Positions 19,261 through 26,719 of a stretch of DNA of 36,874 bases are shown piece by piece (positions within the stretch are counted from its first letter, which is position 1; the number at the start of each line of letters is the position of its first letter). The notes beneath the pieces are model-generated. The model was not told the origin of the DNA. It worked only from the letters and a program-made list of their open reading frames with translations, and did not search any database. Location of the stretch: positions 1-36,874 of IMG/VR virus record IMGVR_UViG_3300031802_000005. One strand, written 5' to 3'. The translations under genes were made by a program, and so were the position numbers. The stretch is from a virus (taxonomy: Duplodnaviria > Caudoviricetes).

Positions 19261-21114
19261 TTAGTAGCTGGAAGTAGTTGTGTATCCTACACCTGCCTCA
19301 GCACTTCCTCCTACAAAACTATCAGCGGTAACTGTTATATATGAATTCGCAACATCAATTTCTACAATTTGGTCTCTAACAGGAACAACATCATTAGAAC
19401 TTGGTGTTACTGTTAATTGAATTATAGTTGAAGCTTTTCCTCCTATATTTGATATACTAGCAATATTTAAAGAGTCAATTGTAATTATACCTGACTTATA
19501 ATCAATTGTACCTTGTTTTGAATTTAAATAACTTTTTACACCACTAGCCGAATAATATAATCTTATATTACCTGCGCCATCATCATCAAAAAAGCATTCG
19601 TTATCATTGTCTTTAATTTTAAATCCTGTTGAACTGAATATACCACCTGTACTTGCCATATGTCCAGAGTGTGGATTATATAATGCATTTCTAAAATAAA
19701 TAAAATATTTTGATGATGTTAAAAGTATTGGTGTAAAATTTTTTCTTATTTTAACAGTTGTTATATTTGATAAAATACTTTCATCTGTTTCATCAATCAA
19801 ACCTGTAATTTTTGAATATCTGAATATTGCGTCAAACTTTTGTAACGTAGAAGTATTATAAGTTATTAACTTATTAATAACATCTGCCTTTATAGTATCA
19901 GCAGTTTTTGCTGTTGCCTTTGCGTCATACTTAACATTTGAAGTAACTAATACGGATGTTGTTTCTGGATCTTTTATAACAGGTCTTACTGAAGCAACGT
20001 TATAAGGTTTTAATTGTGTTACAATATCTGTCTTTGTTGTATCAGTTAATGTTGAACCTGATTTTGCTTTAATTGAAATATTTACAACACCATATTGTGG
20101 AGTTTCATCATCTTCTCCACCCCAAGCACTTACTGATAATGCATTTGGATAAATTGATTTAACTAAAGTTTCATAGTCAGTTGCTGTGACTGCTCTATCT
20201 TGAGCACCATATTGTAAAGGTGCATTAAATTTTATTGAATTATTTGATTCTGCAACTGCACCACCTTGAGAATTTGAATTAGTTGTAACAGTAACGTCTG
20301 TATAACCACCAACATTTCCTGATAATGAAAATACTGAAGCACCATTTGAACTTGTTGTATTTGTCACAATATATTCTAAAATAACTATATTACTATCTTC
20401 TAGTTTTTTACCTGTCACACCATCACCAAAATAAATTTCATATTTTCCATCTATACCTTCTTGTATAAAATAAACTTTTGAAACACTTGTTACATCATTA
20501 TAACCACCTGCTAAAGTATAAACTGATTGTAGTGTGTCAGTATTACTATTTTGAACTATAACCTTTAATGTTGAAGTATCTGTAAAGGAACTAGGTATAA
20601 TTAATTTTTGGTCTGTATCATTTATATCATAAGTGTATTTAAATGTAACCAATGTTCCTTCATAAAGAGTAACATTATTAAATTCATAAATTCCATCAAC
20701 TGGTGTAATTGTCATATCTTCATTTGTTACATATTGATAATCTATTTTATCAACTGTAGTTGTGAAAATTGTTCCTTTCTGCATTGTAACAGATGAACCA
20801 ATTGCACCATTAAGTAAAATATTAATAGATGCTCTTGGTGCTCTAGGAGATGAAGGTGTATAACCTAACATCTTTGCTAATGATACAATATTATTTCTAA
20901 TATCAGCACTATCCAAAAACATTTCATTAGTTGACATATTAGCAATATATGACAAGTAGTGAGTGTTATAAGATAATACATCTAATAGAATGGAAAGACT
21001 TGAACCATCAAAGTCATAATCTTGAAATTGTGTTTGACTTTGTAAAAATGTTTTTAGATTTGATTTGATTTTATCAAAATCTAATTCTGATATTTGTAAT
21101 TTGTGTTGTGCCAT
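19261..21114 (-). CDS. Baseplate wedge subunit gp6
   Basis: ELDFDKIK..FQDYDFDGS, LAKMLGYTP, IYFGDG, QDRAVTATDY, AWGGED. Confidence 0.95.
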   Translation of the reverse strand: MAQHKLQISELDFDKIKSNLKTFLQSQTQFQDYDFDGSSLSILLDVLSYNTHYLSYIANMSTNEMFLDSADIRNNIVSLAKMLGYTPSSPRAPRASINILLNGAIGSSVTMQKGTIFTTTVDKIDYQYVTNEDMTITPVDGIYEFNNVTLYEGTLVTFKYTYDINDTDQKLIIPSSFTDTSTLKVIVQNSNTDTLQSVYTLAGGYNDVTSVSKVYFIQEGIDGKYEIYFGDGVTGKKLEDSNIVILEYIVTNTTSSNGASVFSLSGNVGGYTDVTVTTNSNSQGGAVAESNNSIKFNAPLQYGAQDRAVTATDYETLVKSIYPNALSVSAWGGEDDETPQYGVVNISIKAKSGSTLTDTTKTDIVTQLKPYNVASVRPVIKDPETTSVLVTSNVKYDAKATAKTADTIKADVINKLITYNTSTLQKFDAIFRYSKITGLIDETDESILSNITTVKIRKNFTPILLTSSKYFIYFRNALYNPHSGHMASTGGIFSSTGFKIKDNDNECFFDDDGAGNIRLYYSASGVKSYLNSKQGTIDYKSGIITIDSLNIASISNIGGKASTIIQLTVTPSSNDVVPVRDQIVEIDVANSYITVTADSFVGGSAEAGVGYTTTSSY

Positions 21115-21115
21115 C

Positions 21116-21610
21116 TTATCTTAACCTTTGTAAATTCATTGAAACTACTTGTGGTAGTGGTACACCTATAACAGTAAAATATATTTCTACACGTAATCTA
21201 TTACTGTCAATATCATTACTAGCACTTATAATTTCACCAGCAACGTGTTCAAAATCATCTCCGTTTATTACAATGCCAGTTAAATTAATTCTAGGTTCGT
21301 GATACATTAAACATTCTTCTATTTTTCTTTTTAAAAATACGTTCAATAATGGTGAATAATTTTCAAAAAGAAGACCTCTTATACCACAACCTAATTCAGG
21401 ATGGAAAGGTCTTTCATAAAAGTTTGTTTGTACTAAATTTTTTACAGCTCTTTTAATAGCAATAACATCTTCAACTACATTAACATCATTAGTTACTGGA
21501 TGTCTACCAAAATCCAAATCTATATCTTTGAATTTCCTAGATGACCTAGTACTAGTACTTTTTACATTAGGAGTCCAATCGCTTAGATATGCTCTATTGC
21601 TTTGTGCCAT
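21116..21610 (-). CDS. Baseplate wedge subunit gp25
   Basis: FKDIDLDF..HPVTND, AIKRAVKNL..TNFYERPFHPELG, EPR. Confidence 0.92.
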   Translation of the reverse strand: MAQSNRAYLSDWTPNVKSTSTRSSRKFKDIDLDFGRHPVTNDVNVVEDVIAIKRAVKNLVQTNFYERPFHPELGCGIRGLLFENYSPLLNVFLKRKIEECLMYHEPRINLTGIVINGDDFEHVAGEIISASNDIDSNRLRVEIYFTVIGVPLPQVVSMNLQRLR

Positions 21611-21618
21611 AATAGTAA

Positions 21619-21626
21619 TATTTATA
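21619..21626 (-). promoter_or_regulatory. T4-type late promoter TATAAATA upstream of gp25
   Basis: TATAAATA-TTACTATT-ATG. Confidence 0.8.
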
Positions 21627-21628
21627 CG

Positions 21629-21946
21629 TTATCCTGCACGGACATTATTAGAACCTTGAAACATTGCTCCAAAATCAAAAGAATCAAATACTCTTGCAAC
21701 ACCTATATTATTTACTCTAACCGTTAATGAACAAGAATTAACCTTTTCCATATGGGGTACACAACACACTTTGCCTGGTGGTGGTGGACAAGGCACTGGT
21801 ATAGTATGAAAATTTGTAGGATCATTAAGTCTAGCAACTGGTCTACCATTTGCTCTAACATTAGCTTGTGTGGTTACAACATCTATACTTGAGTCACAAT
21901 AATGACCTGTTGTTCCTAAATCTCCATTTCTACAAAGTTTTGGCAT
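21629..21946 (-). CDS. PAAR-domain spike tip protein (gp5.4-like)
   Basis: Three PAAR-like repeats (PKLCRNGD, PVARLND, GVARVFD), His/Cys metal ligands, C-terminal GSNNVRAG. Confidence 0.88.
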   Translation of the reverse strand: MPKLCRNGDLGTTGHYCDSSIDVVTTQANVRANGRPVARLNDPTNFHTIPVPCPPPPGKVCCVPHMEKVNSCSLTVRVNNIGVARVFDSFDFGAMFQGSNNVRAG

Positions 21947-22007
21947 TATCTCCGTAAACTTCTCTTTCCATTCTCATTATAAATCTGTAAAATTCATCTT
22001 CGCTCAT
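21930..22007 (-). CDS. Possible 25-aa micropeptide (MSEDEFYRFIMRMEREVYGDNAKTL)
   Basis: ATG overlaps the L7/L12 stop (ATGA) and the ORF fills the gap to PAAR. No recognised homology. Confidence 0.35.
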   Translation of the reverse strand: MSEDEFYRFIMRMEREVYGDNAKTL

Positions 22008-22369
22008 TGTATCTCTACTTTCCCACCTACTAATTCCAACTCTTTAGTTATTTTATCTGCTTCTTCTTTTTCTAGGTCTTCTTTAACTACAGAAGGAGTG
22101 TTTTCTACAAAATTCTTTGCTTCTAACAAACCCATTTCTTTATATTGTCTAATTTTTTGAATAACTGGTATTTTTTTACCATCTTCAAACCCTATTAAAA
22201 CAATTTTACTTAATTTTGCTTCTATTTCTTCAACAATAGGTGCAGGTGCTGAAGTTAATGCCGCTAAATTTAAATTCCAAGCCTTTTCCAATTTTTTAGA
22301 TAATTCTCCAGCTTCAATAACTGTTAATTTACCTAATTGCTCTACTAAACCATCAATTACACTTGCCAT
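22004..22369 (-). CDS. rplL: 50S ribosomal protein L7/L12 (bL12), full length
   Basis: N-domain LVEQLGKLTVIEAGELSKKLEKAW and C-domain KKIPVIQKIR..MGLLEAKNFVE.TP.VVKE...EEA..I.KELE.VGGKVEI. AGGAG RBS precedes ATG 22369. Confidence 0.92.
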   Translation of the reverse strand: MASVIDGLVEQLGKLTVIEAGELSKKLEKAWNLNLAALTSAPAPIVEEIEAKLSKIVLIGFEDGKKIPVIQKIRQYKEMGLLEAKNFVENTPSVVKEDLEKEEADKITKELELVGGKVEIQ

Positions 22370-22535
22370 CTTTAAAACTCCTATTTTGTAAATTACCTTT
22401 TTTGTTATTATAGGTACAATACCCATTAAATTTGGGATATTTCATTAATAAACTTTTTTGAAATTTCTTAAAACTCATCGCTTGCATAATTTCAGCGGTT
22501 CCGTCATCTTTTGTAACTGTATATTCAAATTTCAT
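22353..22535 (-). CDS. Small basic hypothetical protein (60 aa)
   Basis: MKFEYTVTKDDG...; ATG overlaps the upstream stop (TAATG). Confidence 0.65.
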   Translation of the reverse strand: MKFEYTVTKDDGTAEIMQAMSFKKFQKSLLMKYPKFNGYCTYNNKKGNLQNRSFKDGKCN

Positions 22536-22693
22536 TATGTTTCTTCCGATTGTCCAGGGTAACACTCATCATTTAGTGGTAAAGCACAATCATCACAACG
22601 ACAATATTTACAAATTTCAATATTATTTGTTTCTATCATTTCTTTTTTAGGTTTTCCGCAATGGGATTCTCTTCCACAATTCTGACAATACAT
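22535..22693 (-). CDS. Cys-rich putative zinc-binding protein (52 aa)
   Basis: Manual translation MYCQNCGRESHCGKPKKEMIETNNIEICKYCRCDDCALPLNDECYPGQSEET. Strong AAGGAGG RBS. Confidence 0.75.
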   Translation of the reverse strand: MYCQNCGRESHCGKPKKEMIETNNIEICKYCRCDDCALPLNDECYPGQSEET

Positions 22694-22714
22694 TTTGCCC
22701 TCCTTGTTGTCTTA

Positions 22715-22722
22715 TATTTATT
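22715..22722 (-). promoter_or_regulatory. Late promoter variant AATAAATA heading the Zn-finger / L7/L12 / PAAR unit
   Basis: One mismatch to TATAAATA, just upstream of the AAGGAGG RBS. Confidence 0.55.
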
Positions 22723-22879
22723 AAAAATTACAAGAAACCAGGGCAACTTGTTTTGCGATTCGTTCTAAATCAGTAACCCAATGGCATTCTTGTAATTTTA
22801 CGCAAGAAACCAAGAAAATAGAACAAACTATGAACAAAAATATTATTAACCTGTTGATTTTCTTCACTTTTTCCTTCAT
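22721..22879 (-). CDS. Putative small lipoprotein (52 aa)
   Basis: MKEKVKKINRLIIFLFIVCSIFLVSCVKLQ...ALVSCNF: basic N-terminus, hydrophobic core, LVSC lipobox-like motif. GGAGAG upstream. Confidence 0.45.
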   Translation of the reverse strand: MKEKVKKINRLIIFLFIVCSIFLVSCVKLQECHWVTDLERIAKQVALVSCNF

Positions 22880-22886
22880 TTTTTAC

Positions 22887-22915
22887 TTGACTCTCCCTTA
22901 TATTTAGTATAGTAT
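22887..22915 (+). promoter_or_regulatory. Sigma70-type (early) promoter TTGACT-N17-TAGTAT
   Basis: -35 at 22887-22892, -10 at 22910-22915, T-rich tract upstream, AAAGGA RBS downstream. Confidence 0.65.
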
Positions 22916-22936
22916 ATAGATAATGAAAGGAACACT

Positions 22937-23161
22937 ATGTTTAAAAGTATGAACACTTACCAATTTAGACTTGAAGGCGATTTTGATATCGAATCAGGTG
23001 TAAATAACCAAACAATTGATGAAATTAAAAAATCTTTTGTAAATAATAATAGAATTGCTGTTGTAGAAGCAGACGAATCTGCTTATGACGGTATAATCGT
23101 CAAATCTTACTCTTCAAAAGAAGATTGTCAAAGAATACTTGACGGAGAAATGATTAACTAA
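22937..23161 (+). CDS. Acidic hypothetical protein, probably early-expressed
   Basis: 74-aa ORF with RBS and sigma70-type promoter, counter-oriented to the late genes. Confidence 0.75.
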   Translation: MFKSMNTYQFRLEGDFDIESGVNNQTIDEIKKSFVNNNRIAVVEADESAYDGIIVKSYSSKEDCQRILDGEMIN

Positions 23162-23167
23162 TTAAAA

Positions 23168-23248
23168 ATGTGGAAAATTAATACAATCTGTATATCTGCA
23201 ATAATCGTTTTGATGTATTGCAATCATTTGCTAAATATCTACGGTTAA
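23168..23248 (+). CDS. Possible 26-aa hydrophobic peptide (MWKINTICISAIIVLMYCNHLLNIYG)
   Basis: Lies between the 74-aa gene and the terminator hairpin. No clear RBS. Confidence 0.3.
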   Translation: MWKINTICISAIIVLMYCNHLLNIYG

Positions 23249-23256
23249 ATACTTAA

Positions 23257-23304
23257 AAAGGAATGCCGAGAGGTTAACTTTCTTTATCCTCTCGGCTTTC
23301 CTTT
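23257..23304. terminator. Intrinsic terminator-like hairpin, possibly bidirectional
   Basis: GCCGAGAGG (23265-23273) pairs with CCTCTCGGC (23288-23296), extended by AAAGGAA/TTCCTTT, between convergent units. Confidence 0.7.
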
Positions 23305-23400
23305 AAAGGTATTTCTATTTTTAGCACCTACACTATAACCAATTCCAAAAGATACGGCTATTACTGTACAAATGGCTAATATGTGCCATACCCAAAACAT
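23284..23400 (-). CDS. Small single-TM protein (38 aa)
   Basis: MFWVWHILAICTVIAVSFGIGYSVGAKNRNTFKGKPRG. AGGAG upstream; starts right after the previous stop. Confidence 0.6.
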   Translation of the reverse strand: MFWVWHILAICTVIAVSFGIGYSVGAKNRNTFKGKPRG

Positions 23401-23402
23401 TA

Positions 23403-23570
23403 CTATTTTTTTACTCCTACAAGTTTATCTTTTAACATTAACTTCATCTTCTTCAAATCTTTTAACGATTTCCACGCACTAGAAGTCCTATCTAGTTGTC
23501 TTATTGTTTCTGCTTCATTAACTTTAGTCTTCAATTCTTTATGTTCTCTTTTAAACGGATTTAAATTCAT
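23403..23570 (-). CDS. DUF465/YdcH-like coiled-coil protein (55 aa)
   Basis: EHKELKTKVNEAE....LKDLKKMKLMLKDKL fits the H..L...E / LKK.KL.LKD pattern. AAGGAG RBS. Confidence 0.6.
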   Translation of the reverse strand: MNLNPFKREHKELKTKVNEAETIRQLDRTSSAWKSLKDLKKMKLMLKDKLVGVKK

Positions 23571-23573
23571 CTT

Positions 23574-24023
23574 TTATACTCCTTTATGTTCATTAAAAAA
23601 TCTTGTATGTTCTTCTTTTGTAATAGTCGCCTTTTTGCCATCCTGAATTATTATTTTAAGTTTTGTATCTGTTAAATAAAATACTGGTGATATATAATTA
23701 TATTTTCCGTTTCTATAGGGTTTGTTAGCATCAGGATCATAAACATAATCATATCTTTTATCTATGACAGGTATGGTATCATAATGTGTTCCATCCTTAT
23801 CTATATTCCAACAATGATGTATAATGGGTGTAGCGTTTATGTCTTCATTAAAATTATCAACTAACCAACCTAATACAAAATCAGTTCCAAAGTTTTTTGC
23901 TTCTTCAACTGACATAGTAACACATTCACGTTGTTTATAATTTGTATTTGGTCTATGTTCAACTTTTTCAATATATTTTGCTCTTGGTCTGTACTTTATA
24001 AAGCGTGTTGTCGCTTCTTTCAT
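23574..24023 (-). CDS. Hypothetical protein with possible Cys-His-Asp triad
   Basis: 149-aa ORF with ATGA coupling; EC...GW...HCWN...HYDT. Confidence 0.7.
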   Translation of the reverse strand: MKEATTRFIKYRPRAKYIEKVEHRPNTNYKQRECVTMSVEEAKNFGTDFVLGWLVDNFNEDINATPIIHHCWNIDKDGTHYDTIPVIDKRYDYVYDPDANKPYRNGKYNYISPVFYLTDTKLKIIIQDGKKATITKEEHTRFFNEHKGV

Positions 24024-24481
24024 CTTTTCTTAACTTCTCTTAATCTTGGGTTATAACCTTTCGGCCATTCCATATTAATAGTTAAAGTTGAATTGTCTTG
24101 TTTGAGTATTCTGATTTGATGACCATTGGGAGTAGAATTATCCCAATATCTTTCGTAGTTGTTTATAGTAATCACTTCATCTTTAGTTTCATCTTTAACA
24201 TCATCAAACATTGTCGTATTGGGTGTATTATTTGCGACATCATCTAAAAATTTACTAGTTTCTTTTTCTTCGTCTTCTTCTTCTTCTTTTTTTCTAGCCG
24301 CTTGTTCTTCTTCAAAACCTTTTCTTAATACCTCCGAAGTAGATGGTATTCTTTTTTCTATTTCGGTAGGTTTACCTGTACCATCATTTTTAATTTTAAA
24401 GTCAAATGTTGCGCCTGCGTCTTCTTCTTGTGCTATCTTTTGTGCAAAACTTTCAATATCTTTTCCATACTTATTTTTCAT
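24020..24481 (-). CDS. Acidic low-complexity hypothetical protein
   Basis: AAGGAG RBS fits ATG 24481; E/K-rich tract. Confidence 0.75.
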   Translation of the reverse strand: MKNKYGKDIESFAQKIAQEEDAGATFDFKIKNDGTGKPTEIEKRIPSTSEVLRKGFEEEQAARKKEEEEDEEKETSKFLDDVANNTPNTTMFDDVKDETKDEVITINNYERYWDNSTPNGHQIRILKQDNSTLTINMEWPKGYNPRLREVKKR

Positions 24482-24504
24482 AGGATTCACTCCTTCTTTA
24501 TCAT

Positions 24505-24538
24505 ACTAATATTTATAAGACTTAATGAGGTTGTCAAG
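24505..24538 (-). promoter_or_regulatory. Composite promoter cassette TTGACA-N14-TATAAATA (copy 1)
   Basis: CTTGACAACCTCATTAAGTCTTATAAATATTAGT, 29/34 identical to 25292-25325 on +. Confidence 0.75.
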
Positions 24539-25202
24539 TCTGGTTATCCATAACATTTTTTTGAGGCTGAACGTTAAAATCAAATGCAAGAGTAATACGT
24601 TCCTTATTTCCTAATTGAGTATCTGTATAATGTGGGACACAGCTAGGAAATAATATTATTTGTCCTACCTCATTAGGTAGTTTAAGGGTGCGAGGTTCAT
24701 TAAGTTGGTCAACCGGATTTATATAATAAGTGGCAGTATTCTCACATTGAATACAAATATGTCCACTTAAATAAGCAATGGGAGCAATTGAATGAATATG
24801 CGCTTTAATACTTTCTCCTTTCCTCATAACATTAGCCCATCCATTTAGAGTAAAATCAGAAAGACCTTTAATCTTTATTTCATTTAAAAATCTTGAATGA
24901 AAATCTAAAATAATAGGTTTTAATTTTTTAATTTCAGGTTCTTCCCAAGAAAAAATATTAAAATGTTGATGTCTTGAAGTTAAGCTATTTTTGCCTAATC
25001 CTGTATAACCATCTACTCTTGGGTCAGTGGTGGGGAGAGTGGAAGGAGGGAATTTTTCTAATATCTCTTTTTCTTTTATTAAGATAATTTTAGCTATCTC
25101 TTTAAAATCTACATTGGAAATAAATTCGTGTCCAAGATGATAATTCCATTGAGGAGCAAAAGGAGTTTGTGGCGGTTCACTTTTGGTTCGGATTATATTC
25201 AT
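24534..25202 (-). CDS. Putative 2OG-Fe(II) oxygenase (TIGR02466-like)
   Basis: WANVMRKGESIKAHIH, LSGHI, GQIILFPSCVPHYT, RITLAFD. Confidence 0.85.
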   Translation of the reverse strand: MNIIRTKSEPPQTPFAPQWNYHLGHEFISNVDFKEIAKIILIKEKEILEKFPPSTLPTTDPRVDGYTGLGKNSLTSRHQHFNIFSWEEPEIKKLKPIILDFHSRFLNEIKIKGLSDFTLNGWANVMRKGESIKAHIHSIAPIAYLSGHICIQCENTATYYINPVDQLNEPRTLKLPNEVGQIILFPSCVPHYTDTQLGNKERITLAFDFNVQPQKNVMDNQT

Positions 25203-25208
25203 ATTTAA

Positions 25209-25249
25209 TATTTATAGTTAAGTCTATCATATATTTCGCCGAACGTCAA
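25209..25249 (-). promoter_or_regulatory. Tandem early (TTGACG-N17-TAGACT) and late (TATAAATA) promoters for the oxygenase
   Basis: -35 at 25244-25249, -10 at 25221-25226, TATAAATA at 25209-25216 (6 nt before the ATG). Confidence 0.65.
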
Positions 25250-25291
25250 CCTAGAGGCACTCCGAGCCATTTAGATTCGAAAAATTCCACG

Positions 25292-25325
25292 CTTGACATT
25301 ACCATTAACTCTTATAAATATTAGT
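25292..25325 (+). promoter_or_regulatory. Composite promoter cassette TTGACA-N14-TATAAATA (copy 2)
   Basis: CTTGACATTACCATTAACTCTTATAAATATTAGT, 5 nt before ATG 25331. Confidence 0.75.
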
Positions 25326-25330
25326 TTAGA

Positions 25331-25594
25331 ATGGATGTGCCTTCTAAAAACAAAATCATCATAGAATCTAGTAGTACTCACACTTTCGCTGACGTTGACT
25401 TTATTGTCTATTGCCAAAAAGCCTTATTCAGTAAATCACCATACCGAATCAGAATAATAGATTGGGAACCTGAATACTGTATTGCTTACATTAAAACGTT
25501 AAGACAACACCATCGTTGGAAGCCCTTGACATTTAAATATCAAAGGCGTGGCCACTATATTTTTGTTTCTAGGTTGATTAGAAGTACCAAATAA
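25331..25594 (+). CDS. Hypothetical protein (87 aa)
   Basis: ORF directly behind the promoter cassette. Confidence 0.65.
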   Translation: MDVPSKNKIIIESSSTHTFADVDFIVYCQKALFSKSPYRIRIIDWEPEYCIAYIKTLRQHHRWKPLTFKYQRRGHYIFVSRLIRSTK

Positions 25595-25682
25595 CTAGCA
25601 CAAGCACTAGTACCCATAAAGGTACTTTTGTGTGTAGTAAGGTATTCTTTACTTTATTATAGACTTCTTTAATTGTTTCCAT
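25578..25682 (-). CDS. Micro membrane protein (34 aa, C-terminal TM)
   Basis: METIKEVYNKVKNTLLHTKVPLWVLVLVLVIWYF. AAAGGA RBS; TAATG coupling. Confidence 0.6.
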   Translation of the reverse strand: METIKEVYNKVKNTLLHTKVPLWVLVLVLVIWYF

Positions 25683-25759
25683 TATTTTTTTCCTTTTTTT
25701 ATATCATATATCACCCATATAATAAATGCAACCAGTAAGACTATTCCTAATAGATCCAT
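25682..25759 (-). CDS. Micro membrane protein (25 aa)
   Basis: MDLLGIVLLVAFIIWVIYDIKKGKK; overlaps both neighbours. Confidence 0.55.
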   Translation of the reverse strand: MDLLGIVLLVAFIIWVIYDIKKGKK

Positions 25760-25815
25760 ACTGTGCCTAACATATAAATGAAAATTGCGAAACCTAATAT
25801 TAGTATATCGTACAT
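25747..25815 (-). CDS. Micro membrane protein (22 aa)
   Basis: MYDILILGFAIFIYMLGTVWIY. CATAAATA late-promoter variant 6 nt upstream (25822-25829). Confidence 0.5.
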   Translation of the reverse strand: MYDILILGFAIFIYMLGTVWIY

Positions 25816-25887
25816 ATGTTGTATTTATGACTTGGGACTCTGGAGCATTTGGTGAAGCACTACACGTGTATATATAAGAACCAAGAT

Positions 25888-25953
25888 TTAGAGATGTGCA
25901 AAGGTAATAGCCATAACAATAAAGAGTATCACCAGTATGTAAACACTAGTCAT
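25888..25953 (-). CDS. Micro membrane protein (21 aa)
   Basis: MTSVYILVILFIVMAITFAHL; 8-bp overlap with the upstream ORF. Confidence 0.45.
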   Translation of the reverse strand: MTSVYILVILFIVMAITFAHL

Positions 25954-26125
25954 CAATAACTTCAACAGGTATAACAGGTACCGCCATTAACACTGTTGCT
26001 TCTTCAGGAAAGGTAACTGCCTTTGGTTGTATGTAGCTTCGCTGAGTACAGGCTGCTAAAATTATAACAAAAACAATTCCTATAACAGCGATAGTAATAG
26101 TCATCATATCTAAAGGCATTTTCAT
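25946..26125 (-). CDS. Small membrane protein or lipoprotein (59 aa)
   Basis: MKMPLDMMTITIAVIGIVFVIILAACTQRSYIQP...VEVIDD. LAAC lipobox-like motif; ATGA coupling. Confidence 0.6.
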   Translation of the reverse strand: MKMPLDMMTITIAVIGIVFVIILAACTQRSYIQPKAVTFPEEATVLMAVPVIPVEVIDD

Positions 26126-26355
26126 ATAAGATCCTTTAATTTCTTTTTTCGTATGCTTTCCAATCTATCTTTCTCTTTACGCTTAATAAGAAAGGCAAAA
26201 CATATATGTATGACAACAAAATTAGTCCAAAAGCCAGCAGTTGTAAAGGCACCAAAGACAAGCGGAACACCTACAAAAACAATACCCATTAAAAATAGAT
26301 ATTGATAAATGTATTGCTTCCTATATTCGTCTAGTACTAAATCCCTAAATGCCAT
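26122..26355 (-). CDS. Two-TM small membrane protein (77 aa)
   Basis: Two hydrophobic segments and a basic C-terminal tail. Confidence 0.7.
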   Translation of the reverse strand: MAFRDLVLDEYRKQYIYQYLFLMGIVFVGVPLVFGAFTTAGFWTNFVVIHICFAFLIKRKEKDRLESIRKKKLKDLI

Positions 26356-26377
26356 TGTTGCGAGTGTTGTTTCTTTT

Positions 26378-26719
26378 TTAAAAAGGTCTTAAATTATCGT
26401 GAAGCCATTTTGCTTTGACTACGACAGGCTTACCTTTTTTGATATAAGGTATCTGTGTCGGGCCTGGTTCTTTTTCCCATTCGTGCCTGTAAGACTTATC
26501 TCTCGGAACCCAACCTGGGTGTGGATCTTCGTAAGCTTCTTGTGGTAATTTACACCACAAGGTGTCCAGTAACTCTTTACCAGATATCGGGCCAAATTGG
26601 TCGTAAACTTGGCCTTGCATTTTATCGGCTAGGTGTTCCAACTTTTCCTTATTGTATTCCTTCTTACGTTGGAAATCCCAATAAGGCTTTAAGTCTTCGT
26701 ATGATTGTTTTGTAATCAT
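26378..26719 (-). CDS. Hypothetical protein (113 aa)
   Basis: ORF with AATAAATA element 5 nt upstream (26725-26732). Confidence 0.75.
   Translation of the reverse strand: MITKQSYEDLKPYWDFQRKKEYNKEKLEHLADKMQGQVYDQFGPISGKELLDTLWCKLPQEAYEDPHPGWVPRDKSYRHEWEKEPGPTQIPYIKKGKPVVVKAKWLHDNLRPF

Noticed and set aside
2400-21302. Antisense ORFs in the track (2400-, 4690+, 6619+, 6976+, 7198+, 7419+, 10517+, 11263+, 11939+, 12920+, 14609+, 16589+, 18128+, 20608+, 21108+)
   Set aside because: They overlap well-supported genes on the opposite strand and have shadow-like composition.
22370-22426. N-terminal extension of L7/L12 given by the ORF track
   Set aside because: L12 similarity starts at MASVID, where an AGGAG RBS sits; the extension lies inside the upstream gene.
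25861-25870. 10-bp palindrome TACACGTGTA in a small intergenic gap
   Set aside because: Single occurrence; palindromes of this length are expected by chance in 37 kb.
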